Of a stretch of DNA of 64,000 nt, positions 19,203-28,415 are shown piece by piece. The translations under genes were made by a program, and so were the position numbers. Source of the DNA: a virus; IMG/VR virus record IMGVR_UViG_3300006916_000041, positions 32,001-96,000 of that record, one strand, 5' to 3'. The notes below the pieces were generated by a model. That model ran no database searches, was not told the origin of the DNA, and was given only the letters and a program-made list of their open reading frames with translations. The first letter of the stretch is position 1, and the number at the start of each line of letters is the position of its first letter.

Positions 19203-19227
19203 CATCTAATAAAAAATATGCTATGTA
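19199..19227 (+). promoter_or_regulatory. Sigma70-type promoter
   Basis: AAAAAAGG-TTGACA-17-TATGTA with TGn. Confidence 0.5.
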
Positions 19228-19309
19228 ATTAATGTAAGCAATAACGTTTACGAAAACTAGGACGAGTAGGTCCGATATAGGCTGGAAGCCGCAACACAAG
19301 GAAAAGTAA

Positions 19310-20449
19310 ATGGAACTATCATACGCAACCCGTGTGAACAAAGAATATGAAACTAGTGCATCTAACTTTGTCACACTACAAGAACGATTAAACGAAGCAC
19401 TAGAAAAGGCACCATTTTTCGCTGCACAGCTAGATCAAATGGTATCCGAATTTAAACGCAAAAATTCAAAATGGAAAAAGTTTAGCGATTTACAACTGTG
19501 TAAAGCACAGATGACTGCGCTGGACAAAATCATTATTGATGCTAGTATGCAACGACAGCCTAATATGCGTCACATACTAGAAATTTTACAAAATTTCCGA
19601 GAAACAATGGTCATGGCTATCCAAGTTTATGTAAATGAGGATGGAAATTATGTGGCTTGGGATGGCCAGCACACTGCGCTAGCACTTTATATTTTAGCCA
19701 CTAAAGTATTTGGTGATCGCTTAAAGGCATGTGAAATACCAATTGTTGTGTACTGCACAAGTCAAAAACTTGAAATTCGTCGTAACTTTATTTTGTTGAA
19801 TGGCGATGCAAAACAACCACTAGACTTTATCGACACATACAAGCAAATGGTTTATGGTGTTAAAGTTGATGGTGCAACAGACCAAGAATGGGTAGACACT
19901 GCAAAGAAAAATGACTACTTCCGTGACGCAGACTTGTTTGCTACTAACAGCAAGTTTGGTGACGACGACGAAACAGGTGCATTTACATTGCTTGCAGATA
20001 CTACAATGAGCAAGAGCCTGAAAACACGTAAAAATCCAGAAGTAACTCGTATGTTTGCAGACTACTGGACTCGCTTAAATGCAAAACGTCCAGTTGATGC
20101 TAAAGAAGCAAGGCAGTTGTTTGAGTACTTTAACTTGTGCTATGAACAAGGAATTACAGTAGACGACGATTATGTAAAAGAGTTTGTAGAGTTTACCAAA
20201 GACTTCTTTGAAGCAGACTTTTCGCCTAACGGAATGTTTTGGGATAAAGTTAAAATGGCATACGAAAGCTGGTATGCAAAAGCTAACCCAGAAAGCTACA
20301 ACGATTGGGGTGTACGGGGGTTTACTACAGAGATGCGTACAGGGCTTCCGTTCTTGATTGCACAATTACGCAAAAGTACAAATCTTAAAACTCCTAATTA
20401 CACACCAAACAATGGCTTCACAGTTTCTAAAGAGGACTTGTGGGACTAA
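19310..20449 (+). CDS. ParB/Srx-superfamily (DGQH) domain protein
   Basis: MQRQPN...YVAWDGQHT...FILLN. Confidence 0.65.
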   Translation: MELSYATRVNKEYETSASNFVTLQERLNEALEKAPFFAAQLDQMVSEFKRKNSKWKKFSDLQLCKAQMTALDKIIIDASMQRQPNMRHILEILQNFRETMVMAIQVYVNEDGNYVAWDGQHTALALYILATKVFGDRLKACEIPIVVYCTSQKLEIRRNFILLNGDAKQPLDFIDTYKQMVYGVKVDGATDQEWVDTAKKNDYFRDADLFATNSKFGDDDETGAFTLLADTTMSKSLKTRKNPEVTRMFADYWTRLNAKRPVDAKEARQLFEYFNLCYEQGITVDDDYVKEFVEFTKDFFEADFSPNGMFWDKVKMAYESWYAKANPESYNDWGVRGFTTEMRTGLPFLIAQLRKSTNLKTPNYTPNNGFTVSKEDLWD

Positions 20450-20898
20450 TGGCTAAATTGTTAGACAAAAACAACCGTAAGATGAAAAGTCCGGGAATAC
20501 TACGTGAGCAATATCGACGTGGTGCTAAGTGTATGCTTGAAGATTGTGATAATGATTTGAGTATATTCGATGGACCCGGCGGAAACATTTTATGTGAAGA
20601 GCATCAACTGGAATGTGTAGAATACGGTGGCATGGGTAAACCAGAACGTCCACACACTTTCTACAGAGGTTGGGAATGTAACACTTGTGGTTATGATCCA
20701 CGTGAAGATCCTGAGATCATTTCAATTGAGGATCCATATCATCAACTGCGTGTAGCACGTGGTGTAATGCATGGAGACCATATTCACTTGAAAAGTCAGG
20801 GTGGAGCAGACACAGCAGAAAACATCAATACACTGTGCTGTCGTTGTCACATGATCAAAAGCTACAAAGAAAAAGATTATCTAGGAACAAGACAATGA
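20449..20898 (+). CDS. HNH endonuclease with zinc-binding Cys
   Basis: CNTC, DHIHLKSQGG..AENINTLCCRCH. Confidence 0.85.
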   Translation: MAKLLDKNNRKMKSPGILREQYRRGAKCMLEDCDNDLSIFDGPGGNILCEEHQLECVEYGGMGKPERPHTFYRGWECNTCGYDPREDPEIISIEDPYHQLRVARGVMHGDHIHLKSQGGADTAENINTLCCRCHMIKSYKEKDYLGTRQ

Positions 20899-21545
20899 AA
20901 ATAACACGAGTAAAAGGAATCGAAGTTGGTGATAGTTTGCCAAGTTGGATAAATTCTGATACATCACCAACTGTTATCGGAAATTACTTTCATGACAAAC
21001 TTGGTCAATTTCAAGGAGGTTATAACACAGGCAAAGGGTCTGACTTTCCTCTACTAGAACTTGAATTGAAAACCAAAAGCCAATACAAGTTGTCCAGAAA
21101 CAAAATTGTAAAAAACAATACAGATTGGACTGTTGGAACTATAACACTATCAGACTTGCTGAATCAAAGTTGGTCACAAACACACTTGTCTAAAAAAATG
21201 AAAGTTTGGTTGACTGTGGTTTATGACAAACATTATCTGAACACAGTTAAATCCAAAAATATTGTAGATTTTAGGCATTCTAGTGTACAACAAAAATTAG
21301 AACATGCCTATAATTTTGCACAACAACACATGTTATCAACTGTACAGCAAAGTCTACAAACAGGTATTGCATTAGAAAAACTGTTTAAGCCTGGAGGGTA
21401 TGACAGAATAGGATATGGCATTGTGTTTGAACGCAAAGGTGCAGAAGATATTGAAACCTTTAGTATGAGAATAACACAGAGTCATTTGCCAAAGTTGGAA
21501 AAACTTAGCAATAGTGTACAACATGCATTTTTGGAATGGAGTTGA
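20895..21545 (+). CDS. PD-(D/E)xK nuclease, MutH/Sau3AI-like
   Basis: GKGSDFPLLELELKTK then TVGTI...SW...KKMKVWL. Confidence 0.55.
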   Translation: MKITRVKGIEVGDSLPSWINSDTSPTVIGNYFHDKLGQFQGGYNTGKGSDFPLLELELKTKSQYKLSRNKIVKNNTDWTVGTITLSDLLNQSWSQTHLSKKMKVWLTVVYDKHYLNTVKSKNIVDFRHSSVQQKLEHAYNFAQQHMLSTVQQSLQTGIALEKLFKPGGYDRIGYGIVFERKGAEDIETFSMRITQSHLPKLEKLSNSVQHAFLEWS

Positions 21546-21547
21546 AT

Positions 21548-21583
21548 AAAAAAGGAGGCTGATTTCCTGGAGGTTTTCAGCCT
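21548..21583 (-). terminator. Intrinsic terminator between convergent genes
   Basis: AGGCTGA/TCAGCCT stem, T6 on minus strand. Confidence 0.6.
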
Positions 21584-21595
21584 GCTGAACTTACA

Positions 21596-21826
21596 TTACT
21601 TGCGGTTCCAAATACCCCAAAGTACCCAGATCGCAATCAAGCCCATTAGGCCTTCAGCACCCAGTGTTGCTAGCATACCGCTAACATTTGCGACTACACT
21701 AACTTCAGGGAAGAATGGGATTGCACCAAGACCTAGTACTTCTACTACGATCATAAGTGCCGCAATACTAATGCCAACTTCAGCAAGAGCACCTGCCCAA
21801 CCTTTTACTTTGTTGATAATTTCCAT
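21596..21826 (-). CDS. Small 2-TM membrane protein
   Basis: Hydrophobic, AAGGAG RBS, late box at 21872-21878. Confidence 0.7.
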   Translation of the reverse strand: MEIINKVKGWAGALAEVGISIAALMIVVEVLGLGAIPFFPEVSVVANVSGMLATLGAEGLMGLIAIWVLWGIWNRK

Positions 21827-21983
21827 TGTATCAACTCCTTGTATTATGCGTGTGTACTACACCCGCAAGTATATTTACAAAAAGTCAGCTGAAATCCGCT
21901 TATGGTAAGAGTTCATGGTGCGTTATTTTGTAGCATAAAAAACACAAAATCTATAAAAAACCGGTAAGACTTTTTGAATAGTA

Positions 21984-22508
21984 TTAAACTAATCCTAAAG
22001 ATTGACACATAGCGTGTAATTCGTGATAGTCCAATGATTCTTCACTTTTATCGAATCCGATAGATAACATCCATCGTTCTTGGTGTTCATTGATTATTGT
22101 ATGCTCAACAGTGGTGTTAAACAAATACAGTTGATTAGGTTCATACACCAGCTCATCAATCTGATGAAGATATTTGTTTATCTTATTTCCAAAATAAGTA
22201 TGTCCTTGACCTTTGATTAGCATATTAATTGCACAATCTCGTATACCATCACAGTGCCATTCATAACAAGTCCAGGGATTCATGTGAAAGACCATACCTC
22301 CCATATTACATGGAGTGTTATCTAGAATCTGTTTAATAACTGGATCTTGGTTTAATATTTCTGTAGGAATTATACCTTTGCCAAAGCCTCTTAAGGCGTT
22401 AAAGTCAAAAAAATCACTACCTGCAGATTCTATGTACTCTTGTATGGTAGACCGAATAGTAGAATGTTGATTTAATGGTTCATATGCATCTTTTATTCTA
22501 TATTTCAT
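21984..22508 (-). CDS. 2OG-Fe(II) oxygenase/cupin-like protein
   Basis: WHCD...FNTTVEH...ERWMLSI; TATAAATA at 22514-22521 (minus). Confidence 0.6.
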   Translation of the reverse strand: MKYRIKDAYEPLNQHSTIRSTIQEYIESAGSDFFDFNALRGFGKGIIPTEILNQDPVIKQILDNTPCNMGGMVFHMNPWTCYEWHCDGIRDCAINMLIKGQGHTYFGNKINKYLHQIDELVYEPNQLYLFNTTVEHTIINEHQERWMLSIGFDKSEESLDYHELHAMCQSLGLV

Positions 22509-22524
22509 AAAAATATTTATAAAA

Positions 22525-22585
22525 AACTCTTGACATTCGAGACATCTTACTTTATATTATAAGTGTAAGTTGAGAAAAACGGAGT
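22525..22585 (+). promoter_or_regulatory. Repeated promoter cassette copy 2
   Basis: TTGACA(22530)-17-TATATT, GAGACATCTT, TGTAAGTTGAGAAAA leader. Confidence 0.8.
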
Positions 22586-22592
22586 GATACTG

Positions 22593-22928
22593 ATGCAAAA
22601 AGAAATCGAAACACTGGTTCAGACTATTAAAACAGACTTTATTCGTTTTGCTACTCGCAACGGTCGTGAACCACTTAGTGGATATTTCAAAGAAAAAGTT
22701 GATAACTTTGATGATATCATAGAAGTCAAGTATGGTAACAAGTATATCAAGATCATCAAAGAAAACAGCGTTTGGGGGTTCATTGTTAACACGGACACAG
22801 ACAAAAAGTTTCGTAAAGGCGACATTCTAAAAGCCGCTGGCTGGAATGCTCCTGCTCGTAACGCTGCTCGTGGTAACATTTTTGAAAACTACAGTGTTGC
22901 CTGGACTGGACCACATTATCTTAAATAA
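22593..22928 (+). CDS. Early hypothetical phage protein
   Basis: KYIKI, GDILKAAGWNAPA, RGNIF. Confidence 0.7.
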   Translation: MQKEIETLVQTIKTDFIRFATRNGREPLSGYFKEKVDNFDDIIEVKYGNKYIKIIKENSVWGFIVNTDTDKKFRKGDILKAAGWNAPARNAARGNIFENYSVAWTGPHYLK

Positions 22929-23043
22929 GGATATGAAGAAGATGCAAGGTGAACAAGCTGTAGTGATGTGGAGAGCAATACAAGTTGGAATACTAATTGC
23001 TCCTATCATCGCTTTTATTGTTGCAATTAAAATTATTTTTTAA

Positions 23044-23095
23044 AAAAGGTTGACAATAAGACGTCTTGGTGCTACATTATATATGTAGACGGAGA
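23044..23095 (+). promoter_or_regulatory. Repeated promoter cassette copy 3
   Basis: TTGACA(23050)-17-TACATT, AAGACGTCTT. Confidence 0.85.
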
Positions 23096-23102
23096 AAACA
23101 AC

Positions 23103-23246
23103 ATGACAGCATATCAAGTTTATCTAAATCAAATGTTCGACGCAATGTCCAAAGCAGACCAGTTAAAAGCAGTTAAGCAAAGTGTTGCTAAACAATCCGC
23201 TACTACTTGGTCCGATATCGCAAAACTTGCAAAAGAGGTTCAATAA
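23103..23246 (+). CDS. Small early protein (47 aa, not in ORF track)
   Basis: GGAG RBS, MTAYQVYLNQMF... Confidence 0.55.
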   Translation: MTAYQVYLNQMFDAMSKADQLKAVKQSVAKQSATTWSDIAKLAKEVQ

Positions 23247-23449
23247 TGTTTGAAGTTGGAATGGGAATTATTCGACAGTACAGCGATTACACTGCAAAAG
23301 GTGAAATCACTTCTATACATGATGATGCAGAAGGCGAAACTCTCGTCACTGTGATGTATGACGACGGTGCTGTAAAAACCTACACTGAAAACTGTGTTGA
23401 ACAGAACTTAGGTCGCCGTATGATTGTAACTGAAGAGGTAATTTGGTAA
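23246..23449 (+). CDS. Small hypothetical protein
   Basis: TAATG coupling. Confidence 0.55.
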   Translation: MFEVGMGIIRQYSDYTAKGEITSIHDDAEGETLVTVMYDDGAVKTYTENCVEQNLGRRMIVTEEVIW

Positions 23450-23823
23450 TGTTGTACAGCGTAATTGGCGGTACTAAAAAAGAACGTGCGGTAGTTACTG
23501 AAGCACTTTGGTTTGCTAAAAAATATTGGTTGCCACGGCATCGTAAACTTGCTGTTGATGTAGAGATTACCAAGCATTTGGATGTTGATGCTGATTGCTT
23601 GGAAGGTGATGATGATCGTGAGTACGAAATCCGTGTTAAGCGTGGACTGGATTATGAAGATCTTGTTACTGCTATCTTTCATGAATTTGTACACGTTAAG
23701 CAGGATGTATTAAAACAATTTCCTATGTTTACTCCTAGTGACATTCCCTACTTTGATCGTCCTTGGGAGATTGAAGCATATGCTGAACAAGAAAAAATGT
23801 TAAAAGCCTATATAAAAGGTTGA
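23449..23823 (+). CDS. Zincin-like metallopeptidase
   Basis: HEFVH and PWEIEAY. Confidence 0.75.
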   Translation: MLYSVIGGTKKERAVVTEALWFAKKYWLPRHRKLAVDVEITKHLDVDADCLEGDDDREYEIRVKRGLDYEDLVTAIFHEFVHVKQDVLKQFPMFTPSDIPYFDRPWEIEAYAEQEKMLKAYIKG

Positions 23824-23872
23824 CAACAAGACGTCTTGATGTTATAGTGTATATGTAAGTTGAGAAAAGGAG
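23814..23872 (+). promoter_or_regulatory. Repeated promoter cassette copy 4
   Basis: TTGACA(23820)-17-TATAGT, CAAGACGTCTTG, ATATGTAAGTTGAGAAAAGGAG. Confidence 0.85.
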
Positions 23873-23877
23873 TTGTT

Positions 23878-24228
23878 ATGCAGTTAGAGTTGTTCAAAAG
23901 CGAATGGGGTGTTAATCCTGGATTTGAATATTTGGCTAATCAGTTGAATGAAATGATCCCCATGCAAGGCAAATGTGAAAATTCACGCACTGCTAATAAA
24001 CACCTTGACAAGTTTCGCAGAGCGCAAAACGTTATATACGATTTATTCAACAACGGACTAGGCAACAGACGAGGCGAATACAGACGCATGTTTGGTGAAG
24101 TTCCTCTTCCAGGTATTAGATACCAACACTATATTAGTGCAGTACGTTGGGAACAGATCGAAGACGAAGTCGAAGCAAACTTTACTCCAATCATACTAGC
24201 GGCAGCTAAAGAACAAGGATTGATATAA
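23878..24228 (+). CDS. Early hypothetical protein
   Basis: YDLFNNGLGN motif. Confidence 0.65.
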   Translation: MQLELFKSEWGVNPGFEYLANQLNEMIPMQGKCENSRTANKHLDKFRRAQNVIYDLFNNGLGNRRGEYRRMFGEVPLPGIRYQHYISAVRWEQIEDEVEANFTPIILAAAKEQGLI

Positions 24229-24542
24229 TGACACAGCTAAACAGCAATACGCAGGAATTGATCAACGCAATCGATGCAATTCGCAAAATTCAAACACAGG
24301 ATGATTTGAATACTCTTGCAAATGTTTGGAAACAGCAAATGAACTATATCGGTTCTCAAGCCAAGCGTGGTCTTAAAAAAGGTGATACCATTGAATGGTC
24401 AAGCCGCGGATATGTTCGTCAAGGTATCATTCAAAAAATGAATCGCAAGACTGTTGAAGTTGTTGATGCTGGTGCTACTCCATTTGGACGCACTGTGACA
24501 CGAGTACCAACTAGCATGATTATTGGTAAAGTGGCAGCATGA
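24228..24542 (+). CDS. Hypothetical protein with SH3/KOW-like C-terminus
   Basis: LKKGDTIEW...GIIQKMNRKTV. Confidence 0.55.
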   Translation: MTQLNSNTQELINAIDAIRKIQTQDDLNTLANVWKQQMNYIGSQAKRGLKKGDTIEWSSRGYVRQGIIQKMNRKTVEVVDAGATPFGRTVTRVPTSMIIGKVAA

Positions 24543-24799
24543 AGACACTGGACACACATCAACAACTGTTTGTGATCACCGCAGAAGAATGCGGTGAACT
24601 CACACAAGTCTGCATGAAAATACTGCGCAAGGCAACTGTTAATGATGAATGGAATAAAAAACTGCTAGAAGAAGCGGGCGATGTTTACTGCATGTTGGAT
24701 CTCATGGTTCAACATGGTTACCTAACCTGGGATGATATTGCTGACAGAGCAAATACAAAAAAGAAAAAATTGATCAAATGGAGCGATTTGATTCAATAA
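24539..24799 (+). CDS. Second MazG-like pyrophosphohydrolase
   Basis: AEECGELTQ...EEAGDV. Confidence 0.75.
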   Translation: MKTLDTHQQLFVITAEECGELTQVCMKILRKATVNDEWNKKLLEEAGDVYCMLDLMVQHGYLTWDDIADRANTKKKKLIKWSDLIQ

Positions 24800-24826
24800 A
24801 TATTTGTATATTGGAGTATTATATAC

Positions 24827-25024
24827 ATGAGCGAGCATCAAATTCATTTTGAAGAAAGCATGGAAGACGACGACTTTGGGTTGATTATCAGTAAAACTGG
24901 TGACCTCAAAGGATTGTTTGTACCCAAAGAATACGAAGAGGCTGACTATGTTCCAGAAGCAATTGTACAAATATTGAGTCAGGTTTACGGAATCACGCTA
25001 GACGACGGAGCAACTATCCATTGA
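24827..25024 (+). CDS. Small acidic hypothetical protein
   Basis: ATAAATA at 24796, GGAG RBS. Confidence 0.55.
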   Translation: MSEHQIHFEESMEDDDFGLIISKTGDLKGLFVPKEYEEADYVPEAIVQILSQVYGITLDDGATIH

Positions 25025-25111
25025 GACGAGGGCGCAAGCCAGATCCCAGAGAATATATAGAGGTCAGAATCAAACAACTGATCGATGATAGACGCAAGGC
25101 AAAAGAACCAG

Positions 25112-25139
25112 TTGACAAAGAATGGTATTTGCGTATAAT
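25112..25139 (+). promoter_or_regulatory. Sigma70 promoter
   Basis: TTGACA-16-TATAAT. Confidence 0.6.
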
Positions 25140-25190
25140 AAGTGAATTGCGTTACGTTTTAACAATCATGGACAAAAGCTAGGAGGCTTT

Positions 25191-25427
25191 ATGAATATGC
25201 AATTTTTCGAAGTTAGTCAAGCGGCTGACGAAGCAGCTCGTTTGGGTCGTTGGATGATGGATCAATGTTATAAAGTAGAAGACAACGAACTAGCAAATCG
25301 ACTGAGCAAAGTTGGAGATATGTTGGTAGAATTTGATATGCCATATGGTACTCGTTGGAATGACTTTACCAAAGATGAAAAACGCTTTGTAATTAAATGC
25401 AAAGAAATATGGGAACAACAACGATAA
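25191..25427 (+). CDS. Hypothetical protein
   Basis: AGGAGG RBS. Confidence 0.6.
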   Translation: MNMQFFEVSQAADEAARLGRWMMDQCYKVEDNELANRLSKVGDMLVEFDMPYGTRWNDFTKDEKRFVIKCKEIWEQQR

Positions 25428-25485
25428 AAAGGTTGACAATAAGACATCTTGGTGCTATATTATATATGTAAGTTAAGAAAAGAGG
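25426..25485 (+). promoter_or_regulatory. Repeated promoter cassette copy 5
   Basis: TTGACA(25433)-17-TATATT, AAGACATCTT, ATATGTAAGTTAAGAAAAGAGG. Confidence 0.85.
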
Positions 25486-25489
25486 TACT

Positions 25490-26059
25490 ATGAATAAGAA
25501 TTTGATTCTCACTGATGTCGACGGAGTATTGCTCGACTGGGAGACTGCTTTTCATGATTGGATGGAAATGAAAGGCTTTGTACGGGGTGCAATCAGCAGT
25601 TATGAAATGCACTTGGTGTACAATGAACGTAAAGATGTTGTTAAACAACTGGTAAAAGAATTCAATAGCAGTGCTTGGATGTGTTGTTTGAATCCTCTGC
25701 GGGATGCTGTGTGGGGTGTTGAACAGTTGGCTAAAAAAGGTTGGCGTTTTGGAGTTATTACCAGCTTGAGCTTGGATCCTTATGCAGGCAAACTGCGTGA
25801 AGAAAACTTGAAAAAACATTTTGGAGATGTGTTTGAATTTATACAGTGCCTAGACACTGGTGCGGACAAGGATGAAGCACTGTTACCTTACAAGGACAGC
25901 GGCTTGTACTGGATCGAAGACAAGCCTGAGAATGCAAAACTTGGCGCTGATTTTGGCCTCAACACTTTTATGCTACGGCATGAACATAACGCTACTTTTC
26001 ACTACGACGGTGTTAAAAACGTAGACAACTGGGCTCAAATTGTTAATTCAATCGATTAA
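25490..26059 (+). CDS. HAD-family 5'(3')-deoxyribonucleotidase-like
   Basis: DVDGVLLDW, ITS, WIEDK. Confidence 0.8.
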   Translation: MNKNLILTDVDGVLLDWETAFHDWMEMKGFVRGAISSYEMHLVYNERKDVVKQLVKEFNSSAWMCCLNPLRDAVWGVEQLAKKGWRFGVITSLSLDPYAGKLREENLKKHFGDVFEFIQCLDTGADKDEALLPYKDSGLYWIEDKPENAKLGADFGLNTFMLRHEHNATFHYDGVKNVDNWAQIVNSID

Positions 26060-26778
26060 CTAGCTTCGTCGTAAATTTGTAGTACGTCTGCCACAACGGG
26101 ATGTCTTTCAACGTCCCGTTTTTCAAATTGCACATGAGCAATTGTGTTAACAGTTTGTGCATTGTATTTGTTTAAAAAGTCTTTTAGACCATTGTTTGTA
26201 AATCCCCTATCATGTTGAGCAAGGTCGCCTGTTACTACTATTTTACTACCTTCACCAATTCGGGTTAACAGCATTTTAGTTTGCTCTTGAGTTGCATTTT
26301 GCATTTCATCTGCAATGATCCAACTTTGCTTAAATGTGCGTCCACGCATATACGCTAACGGTGAGATTTCAATTGTCTTGTTCTCAACCATCTGTAGTAC
26401 TTGTTTAGGGTTGTAGTATTCTTCGAGAAAGTCGAAGATTGGTCTGGTCCAGGGTTCCATTTTTTGTTTTAAGTCACCGGGCAAAAAGCCGTGTTGTTCG
26501 TCAACACTAACGGCAGGTCTGGTGATTACTAGTTTTTCTACTTCGCCATCTTCCAACTTTCTAATACCCATTTGCACAGCCATCATGGTTTTGCCTGTTC
26601 CTGCTGGACCAGTTGCAAATACTATGTGTTTGGATGCGTCATCTAGGTAATCAAGAAGATCTTCTTGATGCAAGTTGCGAGGTAGAATTTGTAGTTTCTT
26701 TCTGCGATAATCTTGCAGTTCGATCACCATTTCGTTGAATGAACCTCTCGGGTTTTGTTTTCTTGCTCTTTTAGCCAT
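26056..26778 (-). CDS. phoH: PhoH-like ATPase
   Basis: GPAGTGKT, GFLPG, YMRGRTF, DEMQN, GDLAQHD. Confidence 0.95.
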   Translation of the reverse strand: MAKRARKQNPRGSFNEMVIELQDYRRKKLQILPRNLHQEDLLDYLDDASKHIVFATGPAGTGKTMMAVQMGIRKLEDGEVEKLVITRPAVSVDEQHGFLPGDLKQKMEPWTRPIFDFLEEYYNPKQVLQMVENKTIEISPLAYMRGRTFKQSWIIADEMQNATQEQTKMLLTRIGEGSKIVVTGDLAQHDRGFTNNGLKDFLNKYNAQTVNTIAHVQFEKRDVERHPVVADVLQIYDEAS

Positions 26779-26826
26779 TTTGTTGTAAACTCCATGTTGT
26801 CTGCGAGCCCATGTTGTCTACACTAT

Positions 26827-26849
26827 TACTTATCAAGAAAGACTAAATA
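26827..26849. promoter_or_regulatory. Divergent late promoters
   Basis: ATAAGTA on minus (26827-26833) and CTAAATA on plus (26843-26849). Confidence 0.55.
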
Positions 26850-26854
26850 TACGT

Positions 26855-27391
26855 ATGAAAGAGATCGAAGAATTAAAACAAACACTGGATAACTTAATTG
26901 ATTCTAGCAGCGATTTAGATATCTTGTTGGAATTTGAAGAAGTGTTGGATAACCTAAATTTATATGCATACAAAAATTGGGAGCATGGAGAAGTTATTGC
27001 TGGTCCAGAAGTCAGCAAATATTGGATCACTGTTACAATGATGTGGCCTCGCAAACTTATGCCAGATCCTGATGGTGCATTGAGATTGACCAAAAACAAC
27101 TGTAGAGTGTTTTTTCAAAAAGATGTTTTTGTAGAACCTAAAAAAATTGTTACACCAGACGATTTAGGAGAAGTTGATCCAGAAACAGGCAAACGCAAAC
27201 CCAAACAGGTCAAACGTCCAATTTGGTTGGTGCGTATTGAAATGCCACGTCAATATGTTGATGAATTTGAATCAAGCAAAATTACTATCAACGGTCACGA
27301 CATTGACATGAGTGAAGTTGATGGAGCATATGACAGTGATTACGACAACGAACTCAATCCAGACAAACAAGACTTAGGAGTAGACCAATGA
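26855..27391 (+). CDS. Large-phage hypothetical protein
   Basis: LYAYKNW..GEVIAGP, MPDPDGALRL. Confidence 0.7.
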   Translation: MKEIEELKQTLDNLIDSSSDLDILLEFEEVLDNLNLYAYKNWEHGEVIAGPEVSKYWITVTMMWPRKLMPDPDGALRLTKNNCRVFFQKDVFVEPKKIVTPDDLGEVDPETGKRKPKQVKRPIWLVRIEMPRQYVDEFESSKITINGHDIDMSEVDGAYDSDYDNELNPDKQDLGVDQ

Positions 27392-27735
27392 CAGATTTAA
27401 ATAGAATTAAAAAATTAGCTGGTATAGAGGAACGCAAAGTAAACTTTGATCCAGATGACATGTATGATCAAGGTACGGTTAGAAAAAATGCACTAGAAGC
27501 ACTCATGGATATGTTTAACACTGCCAAAGAATACGAAGGCGAAGTTACAGACGAACAAATTGAAATCTTAGGTGGTCTTATGCAAGACATGGATAATGCA
27601 GGTATTGAACCAGAAAAATACAGTGCATTAAATGAATTGTGGAAATCAGTATCAGCTTACGGAAACGTATCAGGACTGAGCACAGTTAAGAAAGCCTATC
27701 AACAAATTAAGCAAATGGCTCCAGAGGACAAGTAA
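27388..27735 (+). CDS. Hypothetical protein, N-terminal LNRIKKLAGI motif
   Basis: ATGA overlap. Confidence 0.6.
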   Translation: MTDLNRIKKLAGIEERKVNFDPDDMYDQGTVRKNALEALMDMFNTAKEYEGEVTDEQIEILGGLMQDMDNAGIEPEKYSALNELWKSVSAYGNVSGLSTVKKAYQQIKQMAPEDK

Positions 27736-28200
27736 ATGACAGTAAAATATGGTGAAATGGTAAATTTAGTAAACAGTACTATCAGCATTGATCAGTACAA
27801 ACCTAAAATTGGAGAAGCCAACGAAACCGTAGTAGTTGCATTTGAAGTACAACAAGAACTAGCAGCCAAAGATCTCAGCAATCTAATTGAAACAGACATA
27901 GTTGAAAGTTTAGATGTTGATATCAGTCAAGGGCCTAACAACAACGGTAATTATCTAGTGTTTGTAGAGTTTGCTCGTGACAACAAATTACACAACAGAA
28001 TTATGGAAATCATAAAGTGTGTGAGTAATGTAACTGAAATTACCGAATGGCAGTATGAATATTACAAAGGCACAGGTGCAGTTGATCTTAATGAAGACAA
28101 TTTAAAAGAAACAGTTCTTGACAATCAAGAACAATATGTGTTAAAGTATGCTCAGCAAAATGAGAATCTTAACAGAGTCAAACAACTAGCAGGTCTATGA
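27736..28200 (+). CDS. Hypothetical protein, C-terminal [10 protein letters not shown] motif
   Basis: [17 protein letters not shown]. Confidence 0.65.
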   Translation: MTVKYGEMVNLVNSTISIDQYKPKIGEANETVVVAFEVQQELAAKDLSNLIETDIVESLDVDISQGPNNNGNYLVFVEFARDNKLHNRIMEIIKCVSNVTEITEWQYEYYKGTGAVDLNEDNLKETVLDNQEQYVLKYAQQNENLNRVKQLAGL

Positions 28201-28415
28201 GCAAAGAAGAAATTCTAACATTTGAAGGTAAAGTTATCGAATGCCTTCCTAATGCGTTTTTCAAAGTTGTGTTAGAAAACGAACATGTGATTACTGCAAC
28301 TATAAGTGGAAAAATTCGTAGACACAACATTAATATATTGCTCAATGACAGAGTAGATGTTGAAGTTACACCTTATGATTTGACCAAAGGAAGAATTGTA
28401 TATAGGCACAAATAA
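28197..28415 (+). CDS. infA: Translation initiation factor IF-1
   Basis: [32 protein letters not shown]. Confidence 0.96.
   Translation: MSKEEILTFEGKVIECLPNAFFKVVLENEHVITATISGKIRRHNINILLNDRVDVEVTPYDLTKGRIVYRHK

Noticed and set aside
19245-19300. Hammerhead ribozyme in the leader
   Set aside because: Two short hairpins and a GAAA but no CUGAnGA core
18126-25485. Repeats as a CRISPR array
   Set aside because: Copies are 0.5-4.4 kb apart, separated by genes, and contain -35/-10/RBS elements
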